A stretch of 64,000 nt of DNA from an uncultured Nitrososphaeria archaeon (GTDB taxonomy: Archaea > Thermoproteota > Nitrososphaeria > JACIWG01), in the NCBI GenBank assembly GCA_964448685.1, contig CAYUWR010000011.1, positions 23,007-87,006 on the forward strand. The letters run 5' to 3'. A program made the position numbers and the translations under genes. A model generated the notes under the pieces. It was not told where the DNA came from, did not search any database, and saw only the letters and a list, made by a program, of their open reading frames with translations. Shown piece by piece: positions 18,870 through 28,113 of the stretch (the first letter of the stretch is position 1; every line of letters begins with the position of its first letter).

Positions 18870-19511
18870 ATGTTGAAGTACAGACTGATATTCTTTGATT
18901 TGGACGGCACCCTTTTAGAGTGCAAGAGCAGCTGGGAGCTCATCCACAGGAGATTCCACACCATGGAAGATGCGAGGCAAGCCCTTGAACAATACAGACT
19001 TGGAGAGATAACATATAGGGAGTTTATGGCCAAAGACATCCTGTCGTGGCTCCGCAAGAAGCCAAAGATACACATCAAAGAGATAGAGGAAGCCCTGTCA
19101 GACTATAAACTGAAGCCAGGCGCCGAAGAGGTGATCGCAGAACTCAAACGCAGAGGACTAAAGGTCATAATCCTGACAGCCGCAATAGACCTACTTGCAG
19201 AAAAGGTTGGAAGACAACTCCGCGCAGACGCAGTGCTCTCAAATAGGCTTCAAGTGGACAGATATGGATATCTAACGGGAAAGGGCATAGAAGCCGTCGA
19301 CCCATACAAAAAAGACGAGGCCATGAAAAGAATTTCAAGAGAACAGTCTGTCCCGCTCGAGCAGACAATAGCGGTAGGAGACTCGATATACGACTTGAAC
19401 ATGTTAGAGGCAGCAGGACTAGGACTGTACTCCGGCAACATCGAAGACATCAAATCACAGAACATTAGACCGATACATACTCTGCGTGAAATATTGGCAT
19501 ACATAGAATAG
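18870..19511 (+). CDS. HAD-superfamily hydrolase (phosphoserine-phosphatase-like)
   Basis: IFFDLDGTL motif I. Later K and GDSxxD motifs (AVGDSIYD). Confidence 0.8.
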   Translation: MLKYRLIFFDLDGTLLECKSSWELIHRRFHTMEDARQALEQYRLGEITYREFMAKDILSWLRKKPKIHIKEIEEALSDYKLKPGAEEVIAELKRRGLKVIILTAAIDLLAEKVGRQLRADAVLSNRLQVDRYGYLTGKGIEAVDPYKKDEAMKRISREQSVPLEQTIAVGDSIYDLNMLEAAGLGLYSGNIEDIKSQNIRPIHTLREILAYIE

Positions 19512-19574
19512 CGACATTCGCCAGCCATACTTCCAGAAACTCTTTTAGGCAGGCATGTCCAACCACCAAACATC

Positions 19575-19650
19575 AGCCCGGTAGTGTAGCGGCCAAGCAC
19601 AGCGGCCTCTGGAGCCGCAGACACCAGTTCGAATCTGGTCCGGGCTACCA
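19575..19650 (+). tRNA. tRNA-Gln (anticodon CTG), CCA encoded
   Basis: AGCCCGG acceptor stem pairs with CCGGGCT. D-arm GTGTAGCGGCCAAGCAC. Anticodon stem GCGGC/GCCGC with loop CTCTGGA. T-arm ACCAGTTCGAATCTGGT. Discriminator A then CCA. Confidence 0.8.
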
Positions 19651-19720
19651 AATCGGACGCGCGTGAAGTAACACTGTTTCGCCAGTAAGATTTATATATT
19701 TTACAGTTTCTATAGACACT

Positions 19721-19999
19721 ATGGTTACCACCTCTACAGTTCAAGTTGAAGATGATGTAAAGAGAGAGCTCTTCGCCGTGGCTGCAGAGCTCCAATCCAA
19801 AATGGGTAGAAGAGTCTCCTTGAGTGAGGCGATAAGAGTATTATTGAAGGCATATAGGTCGAAAGAGCGAAACACAGCAAGGATGCTGTCGCTTTTCGGA
19901 AGCCTGGAACCACCGTCAGAAGCTCGAAAGATCCTGAAAGAACTTAGAGCGGAAGAGGAGATGGATCTTGGACATCTTGCGAGGAAACATAACACTTGA
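19721..19999 (+). CDS. vapB: VapB-like antitoxin (DNA-binding, probably ribbon-helix-helix type)
   Basis: 92-aa basic protein immediately upstream of, and overlapping, a PIN-domain gene. TATA-like TTTATATATT about 25 nt upstream. Confidence 0.55.
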   Translation: MVTTSTVQVEDDVKRELFAVAAELQSKMGRRVSLSEAIRVLLKAYRSKERNTARMLSLFGSLEPPSEARKILKELRAEEEMDLGHLARKHNT

Positions 20000-20417
20000 C
20001 ACAAGCGCTCTAATAGAATTTCTGACTGGTACAAAGCTTGGCCGAATAGTCAAAGAGTATTTCGAAACCCTAAAGCCTGAGGAGAAGGTATACTGCTCAC
20101 TCTATGCAGTCTCAGAGATATTCTATGTACTTTGCAGACTTAAAGGCCCAGAATATGCGGCAGAAAAAGTGGGCGAAATTTTGAGCTCTCAAGTGGTCGA
20201 AGTAGAAGGTACAGAAGAGATGGCATTCGAAACTGGCAGGCTAAAATGTGAGCGATCCATTTCAATAGGGGATTGCAGTTGCATCGTTACAGCCAAGATT
20301 ACCGGAAGCATAGCGGTCTTCGCTCAAAGTGAAAAAGAGATTTTGAAGGAGATGAAGAGAACTCCTTTCCCTGCGAAAATACTGTTTCTTTCAGACACGA
20401 ACAAAGCTGAGAAATGA
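19968..20417 (+). CDS. vapC: PIN-domain ribonuclease toxin VapC
   Basis: N-terminal LDTSALIEF acidic motif and a later D/E pattern typical of PIN. Overlaps vapB by 32 nt. Confidence 0.7.
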   Translation: MDILRGNITLDTSALIEFLTGTKLGRIVKEYFETLKPEEKVYCSLYAVSEIFYVLCRLKGPEYAAEKVGEILSSQVVEVEGTEEMAFETGRLKCERSISIGDCSCIVTAKITGSIAVFAQSEKEILKEMKRTPFPAKILFLSDTNKAEK

Positions 20418-20696
20418 AATGCCACGAAAGAAGACAAAATTTTGCAAGAATGCAATTTGAATGCAACCCAATAATTGTACAGAAAGAAGACCCCAAGTTC
20501 AAGATTGTGCAGGCATCCTAGATCAAAAATGGGAGGATGGCTTCATTATGAACCATGCGGCCCCTTTTAGCCTCCACTGAAGAATGAACACCAAAATTGG
20601 CGGCATGTCTGATGTTACCAGAGCAGGTTCAACAGAGAAGGACAACACTATACGAGAATACCTAATTGAAGAAATGGAGTGTTAATTGCAGAAGAG

Positions 20697-21116
20697 CTAA
20701 GGGAATTCTCCGTCAATCAAGGCGACGATCTTAGGCTTGAGAAGCTTGTAGAAAGCCCACTTACCTTTGCGTATCTTCTTCACTATTCCAACGCGCTCGA
20801 GTATACCCAAATGGTGTGAAGCATTAGGTTGACTCAAGCCCAATGCGACCATCACTTCACAGACACACATCTCCTTCAACGAAAGCATCTTGATTATCCT
20901 GAGCCGAGTTGAATCGCCAAGAGCCTTAAACACCCGCTCTCTTGATGCAAAGTGCGAGTCATCCCCCAATTCTTCTGCAAGACTCCTAAGTCTGGTCGAA
21001 TATTCATGGGCGTCTTTCTCCCTGTCTTTATCAGAAGAGATCAGACGCCTTAGCCTTGCTTCGACGCTGTTCATCCTTAATCGGATAGGCCCAAACGTAT
21101 TTAAATGTGTTTGCAC
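20697..21116 (-). CDS. ArsR/SmtB-family transcriptional regulator
   Basis: ALGDSTRLRIIKMLS...CVCEVMVALGLSQPNASHHLGIL is the ArsR HTH, including the metal-sensing CVC motif. Confidence 0.85.
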   Translation of the reverse strand: MQTHLNTFGPIRLRMNSVEARLRRLISSDKDREKDAHEYSTRLRSLAEELGDDSHFASRERVFKALGDSTRLRIIKMLSLKEMCVCEVMVALGLSQPNASHHLGILERVGIVKKIRKGKWAFYKLLKPKIVALIDGEFP

Positions 21117-21164
21117 CTCTCTTCGTTTTAAGCAAGGACAAAATGAATCAAAATATTTAAATAT

Positions 21165-22673
21165 ATGTCGCAGCCTGCAAGTAAAAAGGGAGACTGCACC
21201 ATGAGCTACGGCGGTTCGGTCTCTACTGACATTTTCCTTTCAATGCTAGGGAACCGGCTAATAAGGTCGATGATGGTCTTTTCAAACAAGAGATGCCGTA
21301 GATGTGGAAAAAGCTACCTTGAAATCGCGTTGGATAGGTATTTGGGCGAAGAGGTCAGGTATCATTCATTAGAAGAGATCGTCTTGTCTAATGCGATAAA
21401 GACGGCCATCGACCTTGGACTCAGGACCTTTGAGATAGATCAAGATAGGGCTAAAGAGGCACTGAGAACGCCGTACTTCAAAAATGGACTGCTGAATGTG
21501 TTAGAGGGAATAAGCAGATATGGTGTGAGCAAGCCCTTTAGGACAATGGCACCATTTTTGGTCGTCTGGAATTATACAAATGCCTGTAACCTAAAATGTG
21601 TACACTGCTATCAGCGAGCGGACAAACCAACCCCTGACGAGCTCACAGCTGAAGAAAGGCTTCACGTCGTGGATCAACTTGTAGAAGACAAGGTTTCTGC
21701 ACTGGCATTCTCAGGAGGCGAACCACTCATGCGCAGAGACCTCTTCAAAGTGGCAGAGTATGCGCATGAGAAAGGACTCTACCTTTCGATTGCAACCAAC
21801 GGAACCCTCCTCACAAGGGATGCGGTGGAAAGCCTGAGAAGAGCAGGAATAAGCTATGTTGACATAAGCCTCGACGGTGCATGCAAAGAGACACATGACT
21901 CTTTCAGAGGGGTTGAGGGATCATTCGACAGGACGCTGAAGGGTATAGAAAACGCCGTAGATGCAGGGCTGTTCACGTGCATCGCGATTACCGCGACAAA
22001 GAAAGACTTACACGAGATACCCATGATCTATCAGTTGGCGAAGAAGATGAAAGTGAAGAGGGTTATCGTCTTCAACTTCATACCTACTGGAAGAGGAGAG
22101 GAGATCGTGAAATACGACCTTTCTCCAAGAGAAAGAGAAGACCTCATGATATACCTTTACAGCCAGTTAGCCAACGGCCACATCGAAGCATTGTGCACAG
22201 CACCGCAGTATTCAAGAGTTTGCCTCCAGGAGTCCTCTAAGGCCGGAAGAGACCTTCTGTCTCCAACCCACTTTGCAGCCCTGGACTTTCACGGTAAAGC
22301 AAAGCAGCTATCTGACTTTTTAGGCGGATGTGGTGCCGGAAGACTCTATTGCGCAATACAGCCCAACGGGTTGATAACACCATGCGTCTTCATGCCGATC
22401 GTCGTCGGCGACCTAAGAAAGCAGAGCCTAAAGGACGTCTGGCTGAATTCAGAAGTCATGGACAGCCTCCGGGACAGAGACAATCTCAAGGGAAGATGTG
22501 GACGATGCACATACAAGTACATCTGCGGAGGATGCAGGGCAAGGGCCTACGCCTACTACGGAGACTACCTTGCACCAGACCCTGGATGCATAAGAGAACT
22601 GGAGGAGCCGAGCACAGCCTATTGCTCCAAAAAAGAAATGAGTTATGCTATATTACCTCAAGTGACCGCCTAG
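21165..22673 (+). CDS. radical SAM enzyme with a C-terminal SPASM/twitch domain and a roughly 130-aa N-terminal extension
   Basis: CNLKCVHCY CxxxCxxC cluster, GGEPLM, and C-terminal Cys-rich CGAGRLYC...CGRCTYKYICGGCRARAY. The N-terminal extension contains CRRCGKSY. Confidence 0.85.
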   Translation: MSQPASKKGDCTMSYGGSVSTDIFLSMLGNRLIRSMMVFSNKRCRRCGKSYLEIALDRYLGEEVRYHSLEEIVLSNAIKTAIDLGLRTFEIDQDRAKEALRTPYFKNGLLNVLEGISRYGVSKPFRTMAPFLVVWNYTNACNLKCVHCYQRADKPTPDELTAEERLHVVDQLVEDKVSALAFSGGEPLMRRDLFKVAEYAHEKGLYLSIATNGTLLTRDAVESLRRAGISYVDISLDGACKETHDSFRGVEGSFDRTLKGIENAVDAGLFTCIAITATKKDLHEIPMIYQLAKKMKVKRVIVFNFIPTGRGEEIVKYDLSPREREDLMIYLYSQLANGHIEALCTAPQYSRVCLQESSKAGRDLLSPTHFAALDFHGKAKQLSDFLGGCGAGRLYCAIQPNGLITPCVFMPIVVGDLRKQSLKDVWLNSEVMDSLRDRDNLKGRCGRCTYKYICGGCRARAYAYYGDYLAPDPGCIRELEEPSTAYCSKKEMSYAILPQVTA

Positions 22674-22734
22674 GGACACGATTAAAGCAGTCAAATGTCT
22701 TCCTAGCTTGATTAAAAAAGTAGTGGGATAGGCA

Positions 22735-23307
22735 CTACCAGTTCTCTGATAGCACCTCATAGTATGATTGAGGATGCTTGCATGCTGGGCATATCTTCGG
22801 CGGCTCTGTGCCTTCATGTATGTAGCCGCAGTTTCTACAGTGCCATCTGATAGGCTTATCCTTCTTGAAGACCGTTCCCTCTGTGACGTTCTTGAGCAGG
22901 GCTCTATATCGGCGTTCATGGAAGCCCTCCACTTCCGCTATCTCCACGAATGATTCGGCAATCTTGCTGAAACCTTCTTCTTCAGCAGTCTTTGCGAATT
23001 CTGGATAGATGGTGCCCCATTCAAGTCTTTCTCCTTCCGCGGCTGCTAGAAGGTTGTCAGCTGTCTTCCCAACTATTCCCGCCGGGTATGCTGCCGTAAT
23101 CTCCACCATTCCACCTTTCAAGTGGCTGAAGAATATCTTCGCATGCTCTTTTTCGTTGTCAGCTGTCTCGAGGAAGATCGCTGCAATCTGTTCAAATCCC
23201 TCGTTCTTGGCTACGCTTGCGAAGTATGTGTAGCGATTTCTCGCCTGGGATTCTCCTGCGAAAGCTGCCAGTAGGTTCTTTTCGGTCTTACTTCCCTTTA
23301 AGTCCAT
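22735..23307 (-). CDS. rbr: rubrerythrin (ferritin-like diiron domain plus C-terminal rubredoxin-like CxxC...CxxC)
   Basis: [10 protein letters not shown] / EKEHAKIF diiron motifs, and the C-terminal CRNCGY...CPACKHP. Confidence 0.9.
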   Translation of the reverse strand: MDLKGSKTEKNLLAAFAGESQARNRYTYFASVAKNEGFEQIAAIFLETADNEKEHAKIFFSHLKGGMVEITAAYPAGIVGKTADNLLAAAEGERLEWGTIYPEFAKTAEEEGFSKIAESFVEIAEVEGFHERRYRALLKNVTEGTVFKKDKPIRWHCRNCGYIHEGTEPPKICPACKHPQSYYEVLSENW

Positions 23308-23492
23308 TTGAATCAGTCTGCGTCAGCTTAAGTTCTCACTGATATATTAGTCTTTTCAAGAAAGGCTAGATGTGAAAAAGTCTTTCCAGCTCTCTTTCTA
23401 CCAATCGAGGTCTCCATTCCTCTCAAAGTCTTCCTGATGACACCCAGGAAGCGGTAAAATTGTTGTAGCTGTCAATGATTTTGTATTGGATG

Positions 23493-24536
23493 TCAGAAGT
23501 ATCTTCTGAGCCTTTGCGCAAGATCTTCTGGGGTATCGTAAGATTCACCCTCGAACATAAGCGACTGTAGCCCCCACAAGTCACTCACGTATGGAAACTT
23601 GTATCCGGAGCGCCCCATAACTCTTAGACCTAGTCTGAAGTATTCATCTGAACGATCTCCTAAGGGGCCTGAATAGAGTATGAGGTTGAAGCATGACAGC
23701 TTCTCGTCTTGATAGAAACTGAGAACTCTGGCGATTCCAACCGCGAACGACTTGAGAACTTCTTCTCCTATGTCGAGAAGGCTTGAATGCTCTTGGCTTA
23801 TACCCCAAACCTCGTACGTGCTGGTCGGAGCGAACGGTGTCAGCCAAACTATGTCTCCCACTTTGCCGAGAAGTCTGCTTTGATTGTCTTCAGAGTTGAC
23901 GAAATCGTCCCAAAAGTTGGCTCCCCTTAATGAGCGATATTCTCTACTCTTTTCTAACAGTTCCCCTAGCAGTCCGAATGGTAGATCGCTTGCCAGTATC
24001 TGCATGTGTGGGTGAACTATCGTCGAGCCGGACAATGGTAGATAATTCTCTATGTAGGAGGCGTAGAAGGTTTTGCCGTATGTTTTATTGAGCTTTTTGA
24101 GGTAGATCAGCCCCGCCCTAAGCCCATCGAGGATCTTTTCCGGAGCAAGCTGCTTGAGCTCAAGATAGTGTTCTCTGCATAATACTGCTATGGCATTGTG
24201 GTCCATGTGAGCAAACAGGCTTGGAAAGACCATCGCCTCGCCAACCTGTATCTTGCCTTCTTCAACTATATTGCTTGGAAAACCTGGGGTTGAGTGCTGC
24301 AGCTGCTCCGGACAGAAAGGGCAGCTGCCCCTCGTCTTCTCCACAATATGCAAAATTTCTCGGTCATCGGATTCAAAGAGCCTTTTTATCAGCTGAAGCC
24401 TGCCAGTAGTGATGACCGTGCTTCGGCCAGTCAGAGGATCATATCTATGCTCAACAATCTGTCGGTCGAGTCCATAGCCCTTGAGGGGAGAAAGAAACTC
24501 TGCAACCCTCTCTTCTTTTCTGAATTCTATGCTCAT
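23493..24536 (-). CDS. GalT-like nucleotidyltransferase (galactose-1-phosphate uridylyltransferase / ADP-glucose phosphorylase family)
   Basis: CPFCP zinc motif and the HPHMQ (HxHxQ) active site of the HIT-like GalT family. Confidence 0.8.
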   Translation of the reverse strand: MSIEFRKEERVAEFLSPLKGYGLDRQIVEHRYDPLTGRSTVITTGRLQLIKRLFESDDREILHIVEKTRGSCPFCPEQLQHSTPGFPSNIVEEGKIQVGEAMVFPSLFAHMDHNAIAVLCREHYLELKQLAPEKILDGLRAGLIYLKKLNKTYGKTFYASYIENYLPLSGSTIVHPHMQILASDLPFGLLGELLEKSREYRSLRGANFWDDFVNSEDNQSRLLGKVGDIVWLTPFAPTSTYEVWGISQEHSSLLDIGEEVLKSFAVGIARVLSFYQDEKLSCFNLILYSGPLGDRSDEYFRLGLRVMGRSGYKFPYVSDLWGLQSLMFEGESYDTPEDLAQRLRRYF

Positions 24537-24684
24537 GCTCGCATCTTTTTCCAGTTATCGATTATAAACGTATACCTTTCGGAATGTTAATCTTGGACAG
24601 GGGCTCAACCTAGCATCTTCCCCATCGGGTTGCATTCGCTGACTTGACGTCCTCGTATGGAAATCGAAAGCGAGAAACAATCTT

Positions 24685-25887
24685 TCAAGAGCTAAGATTT
24701 GGCCTAGCACCCAACTTGACAGGAATATCCGTTACTTTTCCGTTGCGGACTATTGTCAGGTTGACTGTTTGACCGGGGAAGGTGTTTCGCTCAAGATATG
24801 TGAATAGGTCATCGCCATTCACTACGCGTGTGCCATTCACCGAGATGATTATGTCGCCTCCCAACATTATGTAGTCACCAGCAACTCTAACACGCCTGCT
24901 TCCACCAAGCAACCCTGCACGTCCGGCTGGACCATCACCCTGAACAGTTTGAACAAGCCACCCATATGTCACGTTGACGCTCATGACCTTTGCTATATCA
25001 TAGCTCATGTCGGTACCTGTTATCCCCAGCCATGGATGATTGGTGTAGCTTCCAGTATATGCCAGTGAGCCCACTTCCCTGAGGATAGTGGAAGATGGGA
25101 TGGCAAACCCAAGCCCTTCTGAACCGCTGACGGTTGCTGTAGTTATCCCGATGACCTGCCCCAGACAGTTGAGGAGTGGCCCTCCTGAGTTTCCAGGGTT
25201 GATGGGGGCGGTTATCTGAATCACATCCGCTATAACATACCCGCCGGACGATTCTTCGGTTATCGTCCTACCCAGTTGACTTATGATCCCTGTTGTGACT
25301 GAGCCCGCTAGACCAAATGGGTTGCCTATTGCTATGACAGGATCGCCCACTTTTAGGTCTGTTGAGCTGACGATGGGGAGTGGCTTGAACTCTGAGTCGC
25401 CAGCCTTTATTGAGAGCACTGCGAGGTCCGCGTAGGGGTCAGAGCCTAAGACGATAGCGGGATAGGCGTCACCGTCGGTGAAGGTTACAGTGATATTTGT
25501 TGCCCCCTCCACAACGTGGAAGTTTGTAATTACAACCATCATTCCAGTCAGATTGTATACAAAGCCTGAGCCTTGCATCTCCCCATAGAGGGTTCCAAAG
25601 ATAGACCTCTCTGTGACCATTCCACGTATCACGACCACAGAGTCCTTCACGGATTGATAGAGTTGTGATATGGAAACGTTGCTTCCGATCTGGTAGGTTA
25701 CATAGGCGACGCTTGACTGAGATGTCGAGCATTGGGCCTGCAATTGGCTTCGGAGAGACTGCACTTCATGCCTCAGGTCGCTTAGCTGACTTGAGAACGC
25801 CAGATATCCAAATCCTCCGCCGATGGCAAGGCCTATTACCAACACCATCAGTACAGTGACTATTATTTGTCTGCTTTTGCCCTGCAA
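24685..25887 (-). CDS. HtrA/DegP-like trypsin-family serine protease with an N-terminal TM anchor and C-terminal PDZ
   Basis: GNSGGPLLN active-site Ser motif. N-terminal hydrophobic helix. PDZ-like C-terminus. Confidence 0.85.
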   Translation of the reverse strand: MQGKSRQIIVTVLMVLVIGLAIGGGFGYLAFSSQLSDLRHEVQSLRSQLQAQCSTSQSSVAYVTYQIGSNVSISQLYQSVKDSVVVIRGMVTERSIFGTLYGEMQGSGFVYNLTGMMVVITNFHVVEGATNITVTFTDGDAYPAIVLGSDPYADLAVLSIKAGDSEFKPLPIVSSTDLKVGDPVIAIGNPFGLAGSVTTGIISQLGRTITEESSGGYVIADVIQITAPINPGNSGGPLLNCLGQVIGITTATVSGSEGLGFAIPSSTILREVGSLAYTGSYTNHPWLGITGTDMSYDIAKVMSVNVTYGWLVQTVQGDGPAGRAGLLGGSRRVRVAGDYIMLGGDIIISVNGTRVVNGDDLFTYLERNTFPGQTVNLTIVRNGKVTDIPVKLGARPNLSS

Positions 25888-26123
25888 GAAGATCCACCTC
25901 CATCTTCGAAGTCGACGACCATGCCGAAGGCTTCCGCGAATTTTCTTGACGCTTTGAAGTCTACTTGTTTCACCTCTTTTTCCGATGGTAGGCGACCCCC
26001 AGGACAGCCTTCTTCGTTCTTCACCCTGTTGGCTGCCTGCTTATTCCACTCAGTCGAATTTCCTGAAATTTCCTCTCGCTTATGCCGTGGCCACGACACT
26101 TTCAGTCGATGTTCCAACTTACC

Positions 26124-27113
26124 TCACCTGATTTCTTGTCGAGTGAACAACATATATGAGGCGATGAAGGTGAGGACTGTCACAAGCGTCAGCACCAAGA
26201 TGTTTGGCCAAGCGGATCCAAGACTCTCCATGATTGAGACCGCTCTGGTAGTAGTCTGCCCGACTCCTCCAACTCCTCCTCCTGGGCTGATCCCTATGTT
26301 GACGGAGATCTGTAGGATGTAACGGGCTATCCTAGTGAAGTGGTAGTTTGGCGTAATACTTTCGATGGCTTCTGTTATTGCAGTGCGGCTTCTAAACTGC
26401 TCCGTAAGGCGGGCGATCTCCTCCGGATTCCCGGTCATGTTCTGGCCAGGGCGAAAGATTGTCATGTTCTGCCCCGGCTGGAAGCTGATAGGCACCATGG
26501 AGGATGCGACGAGAGACGCGACGATCGATATTATGAATGTGAAGACGATCCAGAGCACGACGCTGACGATCACGCTCTGTGTAGTCCTCTTCGAGATGGT
26601 AGATAGGAATGTTGCTATACCATAGAAGGCCATGGCGAAGAGGATCGAGAACAGCATGAAGAGCATGAGCCTGGTGACGTCTTCGACCGTTGGGGTTACA
26701 CCAAGAGCCAGCACAGAGCCGCCTATGTTAACAAGCGAAGCTATGAATGTTGCCAGGGAGATTGCCAGGAAAGCTGCGAGGAACTTGCCATTTATGATCG
26801 TGTCTCTGAAGATGGGCTGCGCCAGAGTCAACTTCAATGTCCCCTTCTCCTTTTCCCCGGATATGGCGTCGACGCCGAGAGCGATACCCATTATTGGGGC
26901 GAAATATGACATCATAGTGACAAGGCTTGACGCCACAGAACCGAGGAAACCTCTAGGCATACTAGCCCCCCTTGTGCCCTCTGTTGCCGAAAGATATACG
27001 GTGGCTACAGCCGCAACCATTACCAGCCCAAAGACAGCCACTAGCAAGAGAAACCTCTTGCTTTTCACGATGTCTGAAAATTCTTTCGATGCAACCGTAA
27101 ACATGCTAACCAT
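26124..27113 (-). CDS. ABC-2-type transporter permease
   Basis: Six hydrophobic segments. Overlaps the upstream ABC ATPase by 8 nt. Confidence 0.75.
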   Translation of the reverse strand: MVSMFTVASKEFSDIVKSKRFLLLVAVFGLVMVAAVATVYLSATEGTRGASMPRGFLGSVASSLVTMMSYFAPIMGIALGVDAISGEKEKGTLKLTLAQPIFRDTIINGKFLAAFLAISLATFIASLVNIGGSVLALGVTPTVEDVTRLMLFMLFSILFAMAFYGIATFLSTISKRTTQSVIVSVVLWIVFTFIISIVASLVASSMVPISFQPGQNMTIFRPGQNMTGNPEEIARLTEQFRSRTAITEAIESITPNYHFTRIARYILQISVNIGISPGGGVGGVGQTTTRAVSIMESLGSAWPNILVLTLVTVLTFIASYMLFTRQEIR

Positions 27114-28113
27114 TCACTATCCCCTCGCTATTTGCTGCCCTATCGTTATGTGGGTGCGCCATTCCTTCGATCTTATAGTATTTTATGAAGAGGTCTTCAA
27201 GTGAAGGCTCCATTAGGTCTAATGTTGAGACTTCAACTCCACATTTTGATGCCAGTTTGCCAACTTCTACCCTGATGTCACTGTCTGCTCTTACAAGGAC
27301 ATATCCTCCTTCTAACCTTATCTCTTTTACACCCTTTAGATCCATTAGGCCGTTGGCGAATGCTCCGAGGTCGCCTGCTCCTCCAACTCGTATTCTATAG
27401 CCTTCTTCAGCCATGAGTTTTCCAACAAGCTCTCTGACGTTTCCTTGAACAACAAACCTACCACGGTTGATTATGGCCACGGTGTCGCAGAGAGGGCCAA
27501 CTTCAAAGAGCAGATGTGTACTCAACATCACAGTCTTCCCCTCTTTGCTAAGTCTGACAACCAGGTCTTTGAAGGCTCTGGCTCCTTCAGGGTCCACGCC
27601 AGCCGTTGGCTCGTCAAAGATGAGGAGTTCAGGGTTCTTCATAAGGGCTTGGGCTATGCCCAACCTCTGCTTCATTCCCCTTGAGAAACCACCCAATTTT
27701 CTATCCTTCACCTCCTGCAGGCCAACGGCAGCCAACACGTCTCCCACACACTTACTTCTCTCCTCTTTGGGGATGTCGTTCAATGCTGCAATATAGTGTA
27801 GGTTCTGCTCGGCAGTAAGGTGATCGTAGAAGCCGAAGCCCTCAGGTAGGATCCCCACATTCTTTCTTATCTTAACAGACTCTTTCACGATATCGTATCC
27901 AAGGACCTTGGCTGAACCACCTGTCGGTAGCGACAGGCCGGTCAGCATCATTATGAGAGTAGTCTTGCCCGCGCCGTTAGGTCCAAGCAGCCCAAAGACA
28001 GACCCTCTCTCAACCGTTAGATTCAGATGGTCTACTGCCAGCACCGTACCCCCCTCAGACTTATATGCTTTAGTTAAGCCCTTGGCTTCGATCGCGTATT
28101 CCATCGATTTCAT
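27106..28113 (-). CDS. ABC transporter ATP-binding protein
   Basis: Walker A GPNGAGKTT, signature LSGGMKQR-like (FSRGMKQRL), and Walker B LLIFDEPT. Confidence 0.9.
   Translation of the reverse strand: MKSMEYAIEAKGLTKAYKSEGGTVLAVDHLNLTVERGSVFGLLGPNGAGKTTLIMMLTGLSLPTGGSAKVLGYDIVKESVKIRKNVGILPEGFGFYDHLTAEQNLHYIAALNDIPKEERSKCVGDVLAAVGLQEVKDRKLGGFSRGMKQRLGIAQALMKNPELLIFDEPTAGVDPEGARAFKDLVVRLSKEGKTVMLSTHLLFEVGPLCDTVAIINRGRFVVQGNVRELVGKLMAEEGYRIRVGGAGDLGAFANGLMDLKGVKEIRLEGGYVLVRADSDIRVEVGKLASKCGVEVSTLDLMEPSLEDLFIKYYKIEGMAHPHNDRAANSEGIVNG

Noticed and set aside
20418-20696. Short direct repeats of ATGCAA (TTGCAAGAATGCAATTTGAATGCAAC) downstream of vapC
   Set aside because: Only three short imperfect copies, no spacer regularity. 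Likely chance or a minor regulatory motif.
25863-26322. Small ORFs 25863..26117 (minus) and 25867..26322 (plus) in the gap between the HtrA-like protease and the ABC permease
   Set aside because: Mutually overlapping, no motifs, and a composition consistent with promoter or untranslated sequence. They cannot be supported as genes.
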